From positions 6,944,001 through 7,008,000 of the forward strand of contig NC_043011.1 in the NCBI RefSeq assembly GCF_006345805.1: 64,000 nucleotides of DNA, read 5' to 3'. Of the stretch, positions 48,113 through 61,411 are shown piece after piece. The DNA is from Octopus sinensis. Lineage: Eukaryota. The notes beneath the pieces are model-generated. The model did not search any database. It had not been told where the DNA came from and worked only from the letters and a program-made list of their open reading frames with translations. Position numbers and translations under genes: made by a program. Each line of letters starts with the position of its first letter. Position 1 is the stretch's first letter.

Positions 48113-48340
48113 GTTTCTTTACTACCCACAAGGGGCTAAACATAGAGGGGACAAACAAGGACAGACAAAGGGATTAAGTCGATTACATTGACCCCAGGCC
48201 GTAACTGGTACTTAATTTATCGACCCTGAAAGGATGAAAGGCAAAGTCGACCTCGGCGGAATTTGAACTCAGAACGTAGCGGCAGATGAAATACAGCTGA
48301 GCATTTCGCCCGGCGTGCTAACGTTTCTGCCAGCTCGCCG
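48113..48340 (-). mobile_element. SINE B long-tail copy with 14-bp TSD
   Basis: AGGGGGAAGTACCT at 48099-48112 and 48341-48354. Confidence 0.9.
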
Positions 48341-48369
48341 AGGGGGAAGTACCTCGTGACATTGGCTTC

Positions 48370-49515
48370 AATTGTTTAGGTTCTGTGTTCAAAATCTGCT
48401 AGAATCAGCTTTGCCTTTATCATTCTTTAGGGGTTGATAAAGATAAAGTATTATTCAAGTTCTAAGAGTTGGTGGTATTGACTGCTCCCCCCCCTCAAAA
48501 TTGCTGGCCTTGTACTTAAATCAAGAACCATTATTTATTATTGTTGTTGTTGTTGTTATTAAGGCAGCAAGCTGGCAGAATTGTTAGAATGCTAGGCAAA
48601 ATGCTTAGCGACATTTTGTCCATCTTTACATTCTGAGTTAAAATTCTGCTGAGGTCAAATTTGCGTTTCATTCTTTTGGGGGGAGGGTCGATGAAATAAG
48701 TACCAGTTACGCACTGGGGTTGATGTAATCAACTAGCACCCTTCTCAAATTTCGAACCTTGTGCCTATAGTAGAGAGGGTTATCATTTAGATGGCAAGCT
48801 GACAGAGTAAAAATGCTTTGCCGTATTTCTGCTAGCTCTTTATATTCTGAGTCATCTAAACCCTTCTGCCTAAATTTGGTGGCCGTGTGCCAGAATGTTA
48901 GACTCTTATTATTAAGGCAGCGAGCAATGTTGGCTCCTTGAACAAAATGCCAAGTAGCACCTCCTTACAGCTCTTTACATTCTGAGTTCAGACTCCACCT
49001 AGGTTGACTTTACCTTTCATCCTTTCAGGGTTGATAAAATAATGTACCAGTTGGGATCTGGGAGTTGATGCAATCGATTTAGCCCCCACCCCACCACCCC
49101 TCAAAATAATTGCTGGCCTTGTACCAAAATTTAAAAGTATTATTATTATTATGAAGGTAGCAAACTGGCAGAATCATGGAATGCTTTGTGGTATTTCTTC
49201 CCTGTCTTTACATTCTGAGTCAATGGTATCAACTTATCCCCCACAGGCAGCAAGCTGGTAGAAATGTTAGCACGCCGGGTGAAATGCTTAGCGGTATTGC
49301 ATCTGCGTTACGTTCTGAGTTCAAATCCTGCCAAGGTCGACTTTGCCTTTCATCCTTTCGGGGGTTGATTAAATAAGTACAGTTACGCACTGGGGTCGAT
49401 GTAATCGACTTAATACCTATGTCTGTCCTTGTTTAGCCCCTTTTGGGTAATAAAGAAATAGGTATCAACTTATCCCCCACCTCCTAAATTTGCTGACCTT
49501 GTGCCAAAATCTGAA
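48370..49515 (+). mobile_element. Head-to-tail run of short-tail SINE B copies; a long-tail copy (49245-49460) is nested with a 20-bp TSD
   Basis: GGTATCAACTTATCCCCCAC at 49225-49244 and 49461-49480. Confidence 0.85.
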
Positions 49516-50515
49516 GCCATTATTAGAATTGATAGAAGAAAAGATGGAATTGCTTACTTCTCAAACTTCTTCAATTGATTTTATAAGAATATTGGCTGTG
49601 AACATTTTCGCATCTTCACTCAATAGTTTAATGGGTGACCACAGTTTTCTTGTGGATCCAAATATTCCTTATTACATCACTAGAAGAAAAATTGGAAGAA
49701 TTTTCATACTAGCTAACCAAAATTTATGGATATTGATTCTCCTAGTAAATGATGGTTAAAAAAAAAATTAAAGTTTTATTATAAAGTAATTAAACCAATT
49801 AGTGGAGTAAATTAATCTGCTGATTGAAATGTTTTGGATAATTAACAGCTTTTTAATAATAAAATATCTCTTGTTGCTGATATACGGATAATGATGTAAT
49901 TTAGATTTTGCTGTCGGCTTTTAAATTCGGCCTCGTGTGAGGTACATCAGACATGCTCTTATCTTTTATCTTTGACTCATTTCAGTCATTAGACTAGAGC
50001 CATGCTGGGGCACCACCTTGAGTGTACATTAACAATTCTTCAGGGAACAAATCACTGCTTGGCTCCCGTGTATGAAAAAGTGGTTGAGGTTTAGAGCCAT
50101 CCAATTCATAACAATCATTCGGGAAATGTTCTGTGCTTTGTCTGTCTAATAAATTGAGGCAGGACAGGGATTGGAACCCTAAGATTATTGGTGCAAACTA
50201 TTTTAAGTAATACCCTTCACACGTGCACACACACACACACACACAACACGCACCTCAAAGTTTCATCAATCATCATTCTTGTCAGTTTAGTGATACAAAT
50301 GACTGATGCAACCTTGAAGCCTCTGACAAATTTTTATTTTATTGGAAATCAATTGATCTTCTTAAATGTATTGAGTGAGCCTTCAAATAAAGTTTGTTTG
50401 AATAGCTATACATAAAAACAAGCATTGATATATGTTCTGTGGCCGTTCCCTTTCTCTCACCAATCTTTCCATTTCGAAGTAACTTAATATTTTCCGATTT
50501 CATTTTTGTTTTTGG

Positions 50516-50954
50516 TTAAACCCTTTAGCATTCAGATTAATCTGTCAAATGTAAAGCCTGTTTAATCACATTGTTTTAAATTAATTGTACAGCATCTTGT
50601 AACTCTGAGATTTTGATGATATCCCTGTTTATTTTTAGAATGACTTTGTAGGGTAGGTGTGAGAGGTCAGAGCTGGCTGGTTTGAGCATAAAACAGGAAG
50701 ACAATTTTGGCCTGGTATGGCCGGTTTAAACCTTTAGCATTTAAACTGGCCATATCCGGCCAAAAGTATTCTGCCTGTTTTATATTCAAACTAGCCAGAT
50801 CTGGTCTCTCACACCAATCCTACAATATCATCTTGAAAATGAATAGCTACCTCATCAAAATCTCAAAGCTACAAGATAATGCCTGATTAGTTCTAGGCAA
50901 TATGGATGGAAAAGCATTAATTTTGGTAGGATAATGCGAACACTAAAGGGTGAA
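50516..50954. mobile_element. Two inverted piggyBac-type MITE copies joined end to end
   Basis: TTAAACCCTTTAGCATT start, junction GGTTTAAACCTTTAGCATT near 50725, end CACTAAAGGG. Confidence 0.65.
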
Positions 50955-51131
50955 AAGATTGTTGATGTGAATCTGTGTGTTGAAACAAAAAGCAGATCTT
51001 TCAAAGGAGTCGCTGAAAAGATCCTGAACAGTGACAAAAGAACTTTGACCAACAAACAAACAAACAACTGTTTTTTTGGTTAACGAACACATTAAACAAT
51101 TGATTTTTTGTTAGTTAGATATTCAACCAAT

Positions 51132-51410
51132 TCATCGTCGTCATCGTTTAACATCCACTTTCCATGCTGACATGAGCTGGACGGCTTGACTGAGGACTGG
51201 CAAGCTAGTAGGCTGCACCAGGCTCCAATCTGATCTGGTAAGCTTTCTACAGCTGGATGCCCTTCCTAATGCCAACCACTCCAAGAGTGTAGTGGGTGCT
51301 TTTTTTATGTGCCACCTGCATGAGTGCCAGTCAGGTGGTATTGGCATCGACCATGCTCGAATGGTGCTCTTTACATGCTGCCGGCATGCGAGTTGGTCAG
51401 GCAGCACTGG
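51132..51410 (-). mobile_element. RTE-type 3' tail
   Basis: Same motif set as 44953-45302. Confidence 0.8.
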
Positions 51411-52159
51411 CTGACTAACAATAAAGAAGTGGAATTGAAACTATGCCTGTATTATTGGCACAATGACTCTCCCAAGAGTAAAATTAGTATTTTCCTTTGG
51501 CCAGACATGTTTCATGGAAGTTTGAAAATGAAGGGCATTACTGGTATGATAGTGAACTTGTTTAACAACTCTCTCGCAAAGTCCAGACAAGGAGACAGTA
51601 ACACACACACACACACACACACACACGCATTCTTTTTCAGTCTCTTTCTCCTTCAAATCTCCAAAGTTTTCTTTTTTTCCTGCAGATAACTTTTGTGCTT
51701 TGTTATGATAAAATTTACTTGTATGAACTTGATTAAGGGTGGAATGAGGGTGTGAGTTTTACTCAAGAGAATATAAGGTGGTAACAGGAATAACTTTGCG
51801 TCAGCTGGTTTATTTTGTCACGTGGATACGGTTGGCCTGGTATGTGGCAGCGACCGGTTGAGTTGACGAATGAAAATGCTTCATGGGCTGCTGCATGTAC
51901 AAGTAACTGACCAACACCTGTGAATATTTAATACAAGATTTTATTATCACATAATAAAGGCAAACTGTGTTGGCCTTTTACAAATAGCAACAGCAATCAT
52001 TCATCCTGGGAAACAGATACTTCTTGGAGTTCACAGCAGGTTATTGATACAGCAACATGTGGCTGGCTGAATATAACTGGAAACAACTGTACTATATTTG
52101 TTGTGACGAAGGTTCCTGTCACATATCGGTGCCATCTCTCTTAGCTGCCTTCCTGGGTT

Positions 52160-52742
52160 ATCATCATCATCATCATCGTTTAACGTCCATTTTCCATGCT
52201 AGCACAGGTTGGACGGTTTGACTGGGGTCTGGGAAGCCAGGAGGCTGCACCAGGCTCCAGTCTGATCTGGCAGTGTTTCTACAGCTGGATGCCCTTCCTA
52301 ACGCCAACCACTCCGTGAGTGTAGTGGGTGCTTTTTACATGTCACCGGCACAGGTGCCAGGGTAGGTAGGCAGCAGCCACGATCAGTTGGTGCTTTTTAC
52401 ATGCCACCGGCACAGAAGCCAGTCAAGGCGGCGCTGGCATCGGCAACATTTGGATGGTGCTTTTTACGTGCCACCGGCACAGGTATCACTAATTTTCATT
52501 TGATATTTATTTTGATGTTGATGTACTTTACTCAATATGTCTCCTCAAGCACAGCAGGTCACGTGCCACTGGCGCAGAAGCCAGTGAAGGCGACGCTGGC
52601 ATCGGCCACGTTCGGATGGTGCTTTTTACGTGCCACCGACACAGGTATCACAACTGCAATTTCCATTTGATACTTATTTTGATGTTGATGTATTTGACTC
52701 AATAGGTCTCCTCAAGCTCAGCAGGTCACCCTACGATCCAAG
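52160..52742 (-). mobile_element. RTE-type 3' tail with a tandem ~160-bp internal duplication
   Basis: The block GTGCCAC...GAAGCCAGT...GGTATCAC...TCTCCTCAAGCACAGCAGGTCAC occurs twice. Confidence 0.8.
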
Positions 52743-53354
52743 GAGGTTGTTCTGCAATCTGGCTGATAAAGATGCATGCTGAATGCTTCTTATAGGGGAC
52801 CGAAAGGTAAATTCTAGAAAGTTCAAGATAATCTGTCCATACCATTGCTTTATGCTGATTGGTTGGTTAATAGACCAATCACCTGAAACTGGTGGTTTGC
52901 TCTTGATGTCTGACCATGTATCCAGGGATTCAGTTTTGAATCACTGCTATTAGTTGTTTTGTTTTTTTTGTTGTTTTTTTGATAGAATTTAATTTTTCAC
53001 TCTTAGTATCATATAAATTAGCTTAGTGACATGTCCCATACTTTCACTAATTGTTGTAGGTGCTTGTGTAGTCACAAACTGATACAGACACCTCAGTCTT
53101 CCGACCTTTGACCCAGTGGAAGATTGAGATGAGACTGGAAGACAGGGCTGCTCCAGCTAGTGCTCATTTTCAGCTTTGTAAGCTGGAGCAATGTGAAATA
53201 AAGTGACTTGCTCAAGGACACAATGCATTGCCTGAGCCAGGAACTGAACTCTCAAACTTATGATCATGAACCCAACACTCTAACCACCAGGTCACATGTC
53301 AAGGCCTCTCTGAAACTGGAAATAATAAATTTGATAATAATTAGAGCAGGAAAA

Positions 53355-53577
53355 TTTCTTTACTGCCCACAAGGAGCTACACACAGAGGGGACAGACAAA
53401 CGGATTATGTCGATTATATCGACCCCAGTGTGTAACTGGTTCTTATTTAATCGACCCCGAAAGGATGAAAGGCAAAGTCGACCTCGGCAGAATTTGAGCT
53501 TACAGCATAACGGCAGACGAAATACCGCTAAGCATTTTGCCCGGCGTGCTAACGTTTCTGCCAGCTCGCCACCTTAA
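53355..53577 (-). mobile_element. SINE B long-tail copy
   Basis: Consensus-like. Confidence 0.85.
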
Positions 53578-55264
53578 ACTATTTTCTATGCTGACATGTC
53601 TTAGGTAGTTTGACTAGAGCTGGTAAGCCAGAGAGCTGCTCCTGACTCCAGCCATCTGTTTTGCAGGATTTCTATGGCTTGATGCCATTCTTAATGCCAA
53701 CCACTTTACAGAGTGTACTGGCTGCATTTTACGTGTCACCTGCACAAGTGCCTTTTCTGTGTCACCAGCAAGGGTGCTTCTAACCAGGAGACAGATTTGT
53801 TGTTTTATTTTATTATTTTTAAGAAGAGAAATGTTTTATTGACAACATTTTTACAGGAAGAAAAGAAAGAAAAAAATACATTAAAAAGTATAAAGGATCA
53901 AGTTAAGAAACAAAAACCCTTAACTACCTCACCAAGGGAGCAGGAAAAAGAAAACAGGGTGCAGAATTAAGAAGCAGAAGATGGATGGGGGTGAGAGTAA
54001 CAAGTTGTACACCCCAGACCAAACTGTGTGTTTAGCTGTGCTTTGTGGACATGATTGTAAAGGAGCTTCTATGGTGAAGGGCCAGCAACACTCAATAGAT
54101 ACAAATTTTCAGTGGTGGTCAAGCAATTAAGGATGGAATGTTTCAGACCAAAGAAAAACAAAGGGTGCTACTTTGACGTGTTATCTATAAGAGAGATTGC
54201 TTTGGGTTACTTTTTAAATTATTTTGTACATACTTAGCATTGTAAATGTATTTTTTCAAAGGTTTCACTATACTATTTTAATAATGAGAAAATCATGTAA
54301 TAATTAAAATAAGCATATAGATCACCCACCCAAGTAAACTAAAGTAATCTCCCTTTAAATTGTAGATCACACGGTGAGGTAGCATCTTTCTTTTTCTTAA
54401 GAAACGATGTGAATTTAGTGCTGATTTCTTGTAAAAATGCAACTGCCTTCGTCTCGTCACTGATCACCTTGTAAAAATCTTTAGCCAACACCTTACAAGT
54501 TTTTAGAAATTGAAAAGTAAACTAAAAAGTAATCTCCCTTTGAGATCCCACACCAAAGTAGCACTGAAAAAAAAAAGTATCTTGACTGCAGGAAAAAAGT
54601 ATGGTGAGTGTAAGAGTATGATGTTTTTAACTGGGTTTTGTGCATGTCTGGTGAAGATGCTTGCACCATGCAGCTGTTGAGGCACTACTGCAGTGTTTGT
54701 TTGTGAGATGCATTTAAGAGGAGAGTGACAGAATTTGCATATAGATTGACTTGTGTGACAGACAAGTACAGGATGACATGTTGTGTGTTTGTGATTTGCA
54801 GCCAATTAAGGTATACAGTCATTCAAGTTCATTATGGGAAATAAATAGCTTATCTGTTTCTTTAAATTGGGGAGAAGATAATCGAGAAATAAAAGTTATT
54901 CAACAGAGACACTCGGGGTGGGGGTGGGGACAAAATGGAAATATGAGGCTAGTTGACATGTAAAATCTTGAAGCTATTTTGCATTATTTATTTTATTTGT
55001 TGTTGTTAGAGCAGTGAATTGGTAAAATCATTGGTGCCACATAAAGAGCCTTGTTTTATTTTATTCTGATGATGCATTTTAAGTTCTAATCCTGCCATGG
55101 TCAACTTAGTTTTTCATCTTTCCAAGGTCAATAAAGTAATTTACCTGTCAAGTTCTGGGTAGATGATAACATTGACTTATTCTCTCCCCTCAAGACTGCC
55201 CCTTTTGTACCGAAATCAGAAAAAATGCCTTGTGGTATTGTTGTTGTCATTACTCCTGTCAACA

Positions 55265-55790
55265 AGTATGGTTGTGTGGTAAGAAGTTTGTTTCCCATCC
55301 ATATGGTTTCAGGTTCAATTCCACTGCATGGCACCTAAAGCAAGTGTTTCCTATAGCCTCAGCTCAACTAAAGCCTTGTGATTGGACTGAAACTGGAAAA
55401 CCCTATCATATATATATATATATATATATATCTGACTGGCCCTCATGCCGGTGGTACGTAAAAGCACCCACTAAACTCTCGGCTTGGTCGGCATTAGGAA
55501 GGGCATCCAGCTGTAGAAACTCTGCCAGATCAAGACTGGAGCCTGGTGCAGCCATCTGGTTCGCCAGATCTCAGTCAAATTGTCCAACCCATGCTAGCAT
55601 GGAAAGCAGACATTAAACGATGATGATGATATATATATGCACACATATATATACACACACATATACACACAATACACATATATATATATGTACTGGGATT
55701 GATTCGTTCCACTAAAATTCTTCAAGACATTGGTGCCCCAGCTTGGCCACAGTCTATTGACTGAAACAAGTAAAAAGGTAAAAGATAAAT
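55265..55790 (+). mobile_element. SINE A interrupted at its (TA)n by an RTE tail (~55432-55630, +)
   Basis: Head, (TA)n, RTE tail, then the resumed 3' half. Confidence 0.7.
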
Positions 55791-56077
55791 GATCCACTCA
55801 CTTCATATACCTTCTTTGAAGACCTGCAAATAAAGAGATCTCTTGAAAAACAAATTGATGAGGGTTAGTGACAGGAAAGGCATCTGGCTGCAAAATACTG
55901 CCTTAGTATTGTGTGTTTGATCCACGTTAGCATGAACAAAAGCAGAAACATGTAAAAACAAGCATCTAATATATTTAAAAGTAACATTTTAGCAAATAGT
56001 GTTCCTATCCTTGAAATGTCTATTCCCCCTCTCTTTCTCTTCCTCCTCCCCTCTCTCTCTCTCTTTTATGTTTAGAG

Positions 56078-56277
56078 CAGTGGTTTTCAACCAGGGTTCC
56101 GCCAGTACAGTCCAGGGTTTCCGCAAGGAGTTACAAAACTGCTAAAATCGGCAGTAATTTTTAATTCTCCTGTGCAGATATGTGTGCATAGACTATTAAA
56201 TTATTGCACAGGGGTTCCTCAAGCCAGTGGAATGTTTCCTTGGGGTTCCACTCCAGCAAAAAGTTTGTAAAGCACTG
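56078..56277. mobile_element. hAT-family MITE
   Basis: TIRs CAGTGGTTTTCAAC / GTTTGTAAAGCACTG; perfect 8-bp TSD GTTTAGAG (56070-56077 and 56278-56285). Confidence 0.88.
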
Positions 56278-57084
56278 GTTTAGAGAATGTAGGCTGGCAC
56301 AATCTTTTGCTTTATTTATCCAACTTTGCTGACTTATTCCTCAGTCGGCACACCTCTATCACTACCCTTCCGTGTACCTTTGCAATAACTCCAACAGCCT
56401 TCTTTCAAGGTCTTAGATCTGCACTACCTTCTCTCACACCATAATCCTCATCTGCTTAACATTTCCATTTCGTTTATCTCTCTCTGTTCTTACAGATTCG
56501 ACTGCTATTTCCAGCACCATCAACCTGTTTGTCCTGAAGTACTGAAGCATGAATCTAAAACCACTTTGTCTCCCCTACCCATACTTTCCCCTCTCTCCCT
56601 ACCAAATTAATTACACCTGCCCACTATCTTGTATATAATAACAACCAACCAGACTGATAGCCAGTCAATTTTCCGGTTCACCTATAATTAATTACCTTGT
56701 CTCATCTAATTACCCATCTATTAGATTTCTTTTGTCTCTCATTTTATTGTTGTATGGAAAGTATTAGAAGTAAACTCCCAGTAATACACACCTAATATCT
56801 GGTTTCCCCATAACGGCACTAATTTTCTCTTGAGAGAGAGCGGGGTGCGGGGTATTTATGGATAATTATTTACTGTTTCTGTGAAGTCAGCAGCAATAAT
56901 GATCTGTAAGTGGATCCCGTTGTGTCAAGTAGGATTTAAACATCTGTTCTTTGACTTTTATTTCATATGTCTGTAAAATAATTGGCCAGTATTTAACCTA
57001 TTTTGTGTTCTAATTGATATTCCGCTCGTTATGTAACCTAGGTCCTGACTATGGCACCCAAAAAAAAAAATATTGCCACCATCA

Positions 57085-57650
57085 TCATCACCATTATCAT
57101 CATTTAATGTCTGTCTTTTACGCTGGCATGGGTTGGACGATTTGACAGCATCTGACAAATCGGAGGACAGCCTAGTTCTTCAGTGTCTGCTTTAGTACGG
57201 TTTCTGTGGCTGGATGTTCTTCCCAATGCCAACCTCTCTACCGAAGGTACTGTGAGGTTTTTATTGGAAAATATTCCAAAATTGTATCAGCATTTAATTG
57301 AGATTCTTTTATCATTTTACTTATTTCAGTCTTTAGACTGCAGCCATCCTGAAGCACTGCCTTGAAAAATTTTGATCGAATGAATCAAACCCAGGACTTT
57401 TTTTTTGCATTTCTAAGCCTGATACTTATTCTGTCTCTTGCTGAATCGCTAAGTTATGGGGACATAAACACACCAACAACGGTTATCAAGCAGTAATGGA
57501 GGAAAAACCTGTACATATACACACACAAGCTTCTTTCAGTTTCCATCTACCAAATCCATTCAAGGCTTTGGTCAACCCCCAGGCTGTAATAGAAGACACT
57601 TGCCCAAGGTGCCACTCTGTGGGATTAAATCAGGAACCATGTGGTTGGTT
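57085..57650 (-). mobile_element. RTE tail (57085-57250) and SINE A (57315-57650)
   Basis: Family motifs. Confidence 0.7.
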
Positions 57651-58017
57651 TTCCTTGTTATGCTCTTCCCAATTCTTTTTTAAATATTTCCTGCTACAGT
57701 TTACCAAATGTGTCCTTCCTTTTGTTTTTTAGGACCAGGTGTGAAGTTAGATGCATAATAGTAACACCTCCTTACTCATTGGTTGGTTCAGTGCATCGTC
57801 ACTCCCGAAATATTTGTCTCCAGGTCATGTTTCTAAGTACGTAACACTGCACCAGTTTCTCCAAGACCTTCCCTTGTTTCGTAATAGGAATTTGAGTTCT
57901 GCACAACAAACTTACAAAACACCTGTTGTTTTTCTGCTAAGAGTACCTCACCTGCTCACAGAACCTCACCTGTATTTTCTTTCTTTATTTACATGTACAG
58001 AGATGTTAATCTAATAG

Positions 58018-58590
58018 GCACAGGTGTGGCTGTTTGGTAAGAAGTTTCCATCCCAATCACACGAATTTGGGTTCAGTCACACTGTGTAGTACCTTGGGCA
58101 AACATCTACTATAGCCCCAAGCTGACCAAAGCCTTGTGATTGGATTTGGTAGATAGAAACTGAAAGAAGCCTATTTGGTGTGATCATTTAATGTCTGTTC
58201 TCCATGGTAGCACGAGTTTGACCGGAGCTGGTAAGACCAAGGGATGCACCAGGCTCCATTGTCTGTTCCGGCATTTTTTCCATGGCTGGATGCCCTTCTT
58301 AGTGCCAATTTCTTTACAGAGTGTACTGGGTGCTTTTTATGTGGTACCAGTATCACTTCTGTCCATTACTGCCTCCCTGCCCTGACTTTGCATGGTAGTT
58401 GTAAAAAAGTGCCACTGTCATACAAGCGGTGTCCTTTTAATTTCCGATGAAAACCTGTCTAGTCATGGTGAATATCATGTTATTTTGAAACCGGTGAGGT
58501 TTGGTAACAGAATAGGCATCCAGCTGTTGAAAATCCACCTAAACAAATCCCATTTGACCCAAGCAAGCATGGAATAGTGGATGTTAACAT
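58018..58590 (+). mobile_element. SINE type E with a nested minus-strand RTE tail
   Basis: A-type head, CACTGTCATACAAGCGGTGTCC domain, RTE tail GCATGGAATAGTGGATGTTAAC. Confidence 0.65.
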
Positions 58591-59107
58591 TATTCATGAT
58601 AGATTTAGTCATTGCTAATAGTCTTTGCCTCAAACACAATGCTTCTGCAGTGAAAGGGTACAAATTAACAACCTTTCAGGATGAGGCTTGGTTCATTTTC
58701 TTTTAAATAATTTAAATGTTTTTGATTGTTGCATATTGTTTTACCCATTACATACAAATAACTGGTGATTATTCTTTTGCGCTGTGTTAGTGATATTTTA
58801 GATAACTAAATCTTTAATGTTTGATGAGATTTAATTATGGATGTCGTTTGTATTTGTCAATGTTTTCTGCTAACGAATTATATATTATTCAGTGAGTATA
58901 TCCTCAAACTCCATAGCTTTTCAACAATAATTATGTATATTGTCCTTGATGGCTTCATGGATGTTTGGACAGTAGATTTAGATCCAAGATAAAAGAATCA
59001 CAACTGGTTCTTAACAGTGGCACTGCTCCAGATACTTCCTGATACAATTCTAAAATATCAATGAAGGTGGAATAACTCAGATCCAGCAAAATAGACAATA
59101 AATATTA

Positions 59108-60930
59108 AAGGTGGTGAGCTGGCAGTATTGTCAGCACACCGGGCTAAATGCTTAGTGGCACGCTGTCTATCTTTACATTCTGAGTTCAAATTCTGCCAAG
59201 CTCAGCTTTGCCTTCTTTCATTTCGGGGTCAATAAAATAAGTACCAATTGAGCAGTGGGGTTACTGTGAATGACTTACTCTTTCCTTTGAAACTGCTAAC
59301 CTTGTGCCAAAATTTGAAATCATTATTATTATTATTAAGGTGGTGAGCTGGCAGAATCGTTAGCACACTGGGCAAAATGTTTCACAGTCTTTCGTCCGTC
59401 TTTATATTCTGAGGTCTAGTTCCGCCAAGGTTGACTTTGCCTTTCATCACTTTGGGGTTGATAAAATAAGTACCAGTTGAACACTGGGGTGTCACTGTAA
59501 TCAACTTACTCCCTCCCCTGAAATAGCTGTCCTTGTGTCAAAATGTGGAACCATTATTATTATTCTGTTCTATATTTTTGAGATGAGGAATTATGTACGT
59601 TATTTTACATTGGACAATAGATGACCTCACCTTGTTTGTTGTTACCTCAACGTTTCGGCTGATGTACTCTCCAGCCTCCTTCAGGTGTCCTGGTTCAATC
59701 CCAGTCAGTGACTTCGAATAAATAATAATAATAATAATAATTATAATATCAGCAAAAACATACCTTAGGAATAAGAACAGATTACCCCATTAGTCAAACA
59801 AACGGTGGGGTTCGAAATTTCACCAGGACACCTGATGAAGGCTGGAGAATATATCAGCCGAAATGTTGTGGTAACAACAAACAAGGTGAGAACACCTATT
59901 CATTCAATGTAAATAATAATAATAATTATTATTATTATTATTTAAAGCAGTGAGCTGGCAGAATCGTTACCATGCTGGGCAAAATGCTTAGTGGTATTTT
60001 GTCTGCCACTACATTCTGAGTTCAAATTCTGCCAAGGTTAATTTTGCCTTTCATCTTTTAAGGGTCAATAAATTAAGTACCAGTTGAACACTGGGGTCAA
60101 TTTAATCAACATATCCCCTACCCCAAAATGGCTGCCCTTGTGGCAAAATTTGAAACCATTATTATTAATATTATTATTATTAAGGTGATAAGACAGAGAG
60201 CTGGCAGAATCAATAGTGAAAAATGTAAGGAAGACTGTTTTGAATGTATGGTGATTGTCATTTGTTTAACTTAGTCATAGGTGTGGCTATATGAATAGGT
60301 ATCATACCAGTTGCATATTGGTGTCAATCTAATCGACTGACCCCCACCCCCAAAATTTCAGGCCTTGTGCTTAGAGTAGAAAAGTATGTGGATGGGTGAT
60401 GAGTGTAGGTGTGTGGCTAGCAGTTTGTTTCCCAATTGCAACCCATGCTAGCATGGAAAGCAGACGTAAAACGATGATGATGGCTTCTGGTTCAGTCCCA
60501 TCATCTGACACCTTGGGCAAGTGTCTCCTACTATAGCTCTGGGTCAACCAACACCTTGTGAGTAGATTTGGTGGACAGAAACTATATAACTATATAAGGC
60601 GGCGAGCTGGCAGAATTGTTAGCACGCCGGGCGAAATGCTTAGCAGTATTTCGTCTGTCTTTAGGTTCTGAGTTCAAATTCCGCCGAGGTTGACTTTGCC
60701 TTTCATCCTTTCGGAGTCGATAAATTAAGTACCAGCTACGCACTGGGGTCGATGTAATGGACTTAATCCCTTTGTCTGTCCTTGTTTGTCCCCTCTGTTT
60801 AGCCCCTTGTGGGCAATAAAGAAATAAGAAACTATATAAGTCCTGGAGTCATTTGACTAAAACCCTTCAAAGCAGTATCCCAACATGGCCACGGCCGAAT
60901 GACTGAAACGAGTAAAATATAAAAGATAAA
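59108..60930 (+). mobile_element. SINE B run in (ATT)n tracts, plus a long-tail SINE B (60597-60830) nested in a SINE A
   Basis: Repeated type-B heads; AACTATATAAG duplicated around the long-tail copy. Confidence 0.75.
59564..59917. mobile_element. Second palindromic Penelope-like H1 insertion (older)
   Basis: Inverted arms; HHR motifs at 59644-59689 (-, CTGAAGG, damaged) and 59827-59872 (+, CTGATGA...GAAATGTT). Confidence 0.8.
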
Positions 60931-61157
60931 AATCTATTTTGCTCATGCTTGCATGGGTCAGCCAAGTGTAGTGTGTTGGGGTAAAGTTTTCTCTGGCCGG
61001 GTGCCCCCCCCCCCGTCCTGTTGCCACTCCTTCTCTTGTTTGCAAGTGAGGTAAAAGTCTCCCAGTGTGTCAAGCAAGAAACAAGCCAAGGCAATAATTA
61101 TGTGAAGAACTGGGAATGAACGACATTGGTTGAATGAGCCTTTTGTTTACAAAGATT

Positions 61158-61317
61158 GCACAGGAGTGGCTGTGTGGTAAGAAGCTTGCTTCCCAACCAC
61201 ATAGGTCCGGGTTCAGTCCCACTGCATGGCATTTTGGGCAAGTGTCTTCAACTATAGCCTCGGGTCGACCAGAGTCTTGCGAGAGGATTTCATAGATGGA
61301 AACTGAAAAAAGCCCAT

Positions 61318-61411
<94 letters not shown>

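Noticed and set aside
54325-54560. Repeat of AGTAAACTAAA..GTAATCTCCC about 185 bp apart
   Set aside because: Similarity is limited to ~45 bp, with no further structure.
56300-56700. Possible L2/CR1 3' remnant
   Set aside because: Only a vague resemblance; no motif I can anchor.
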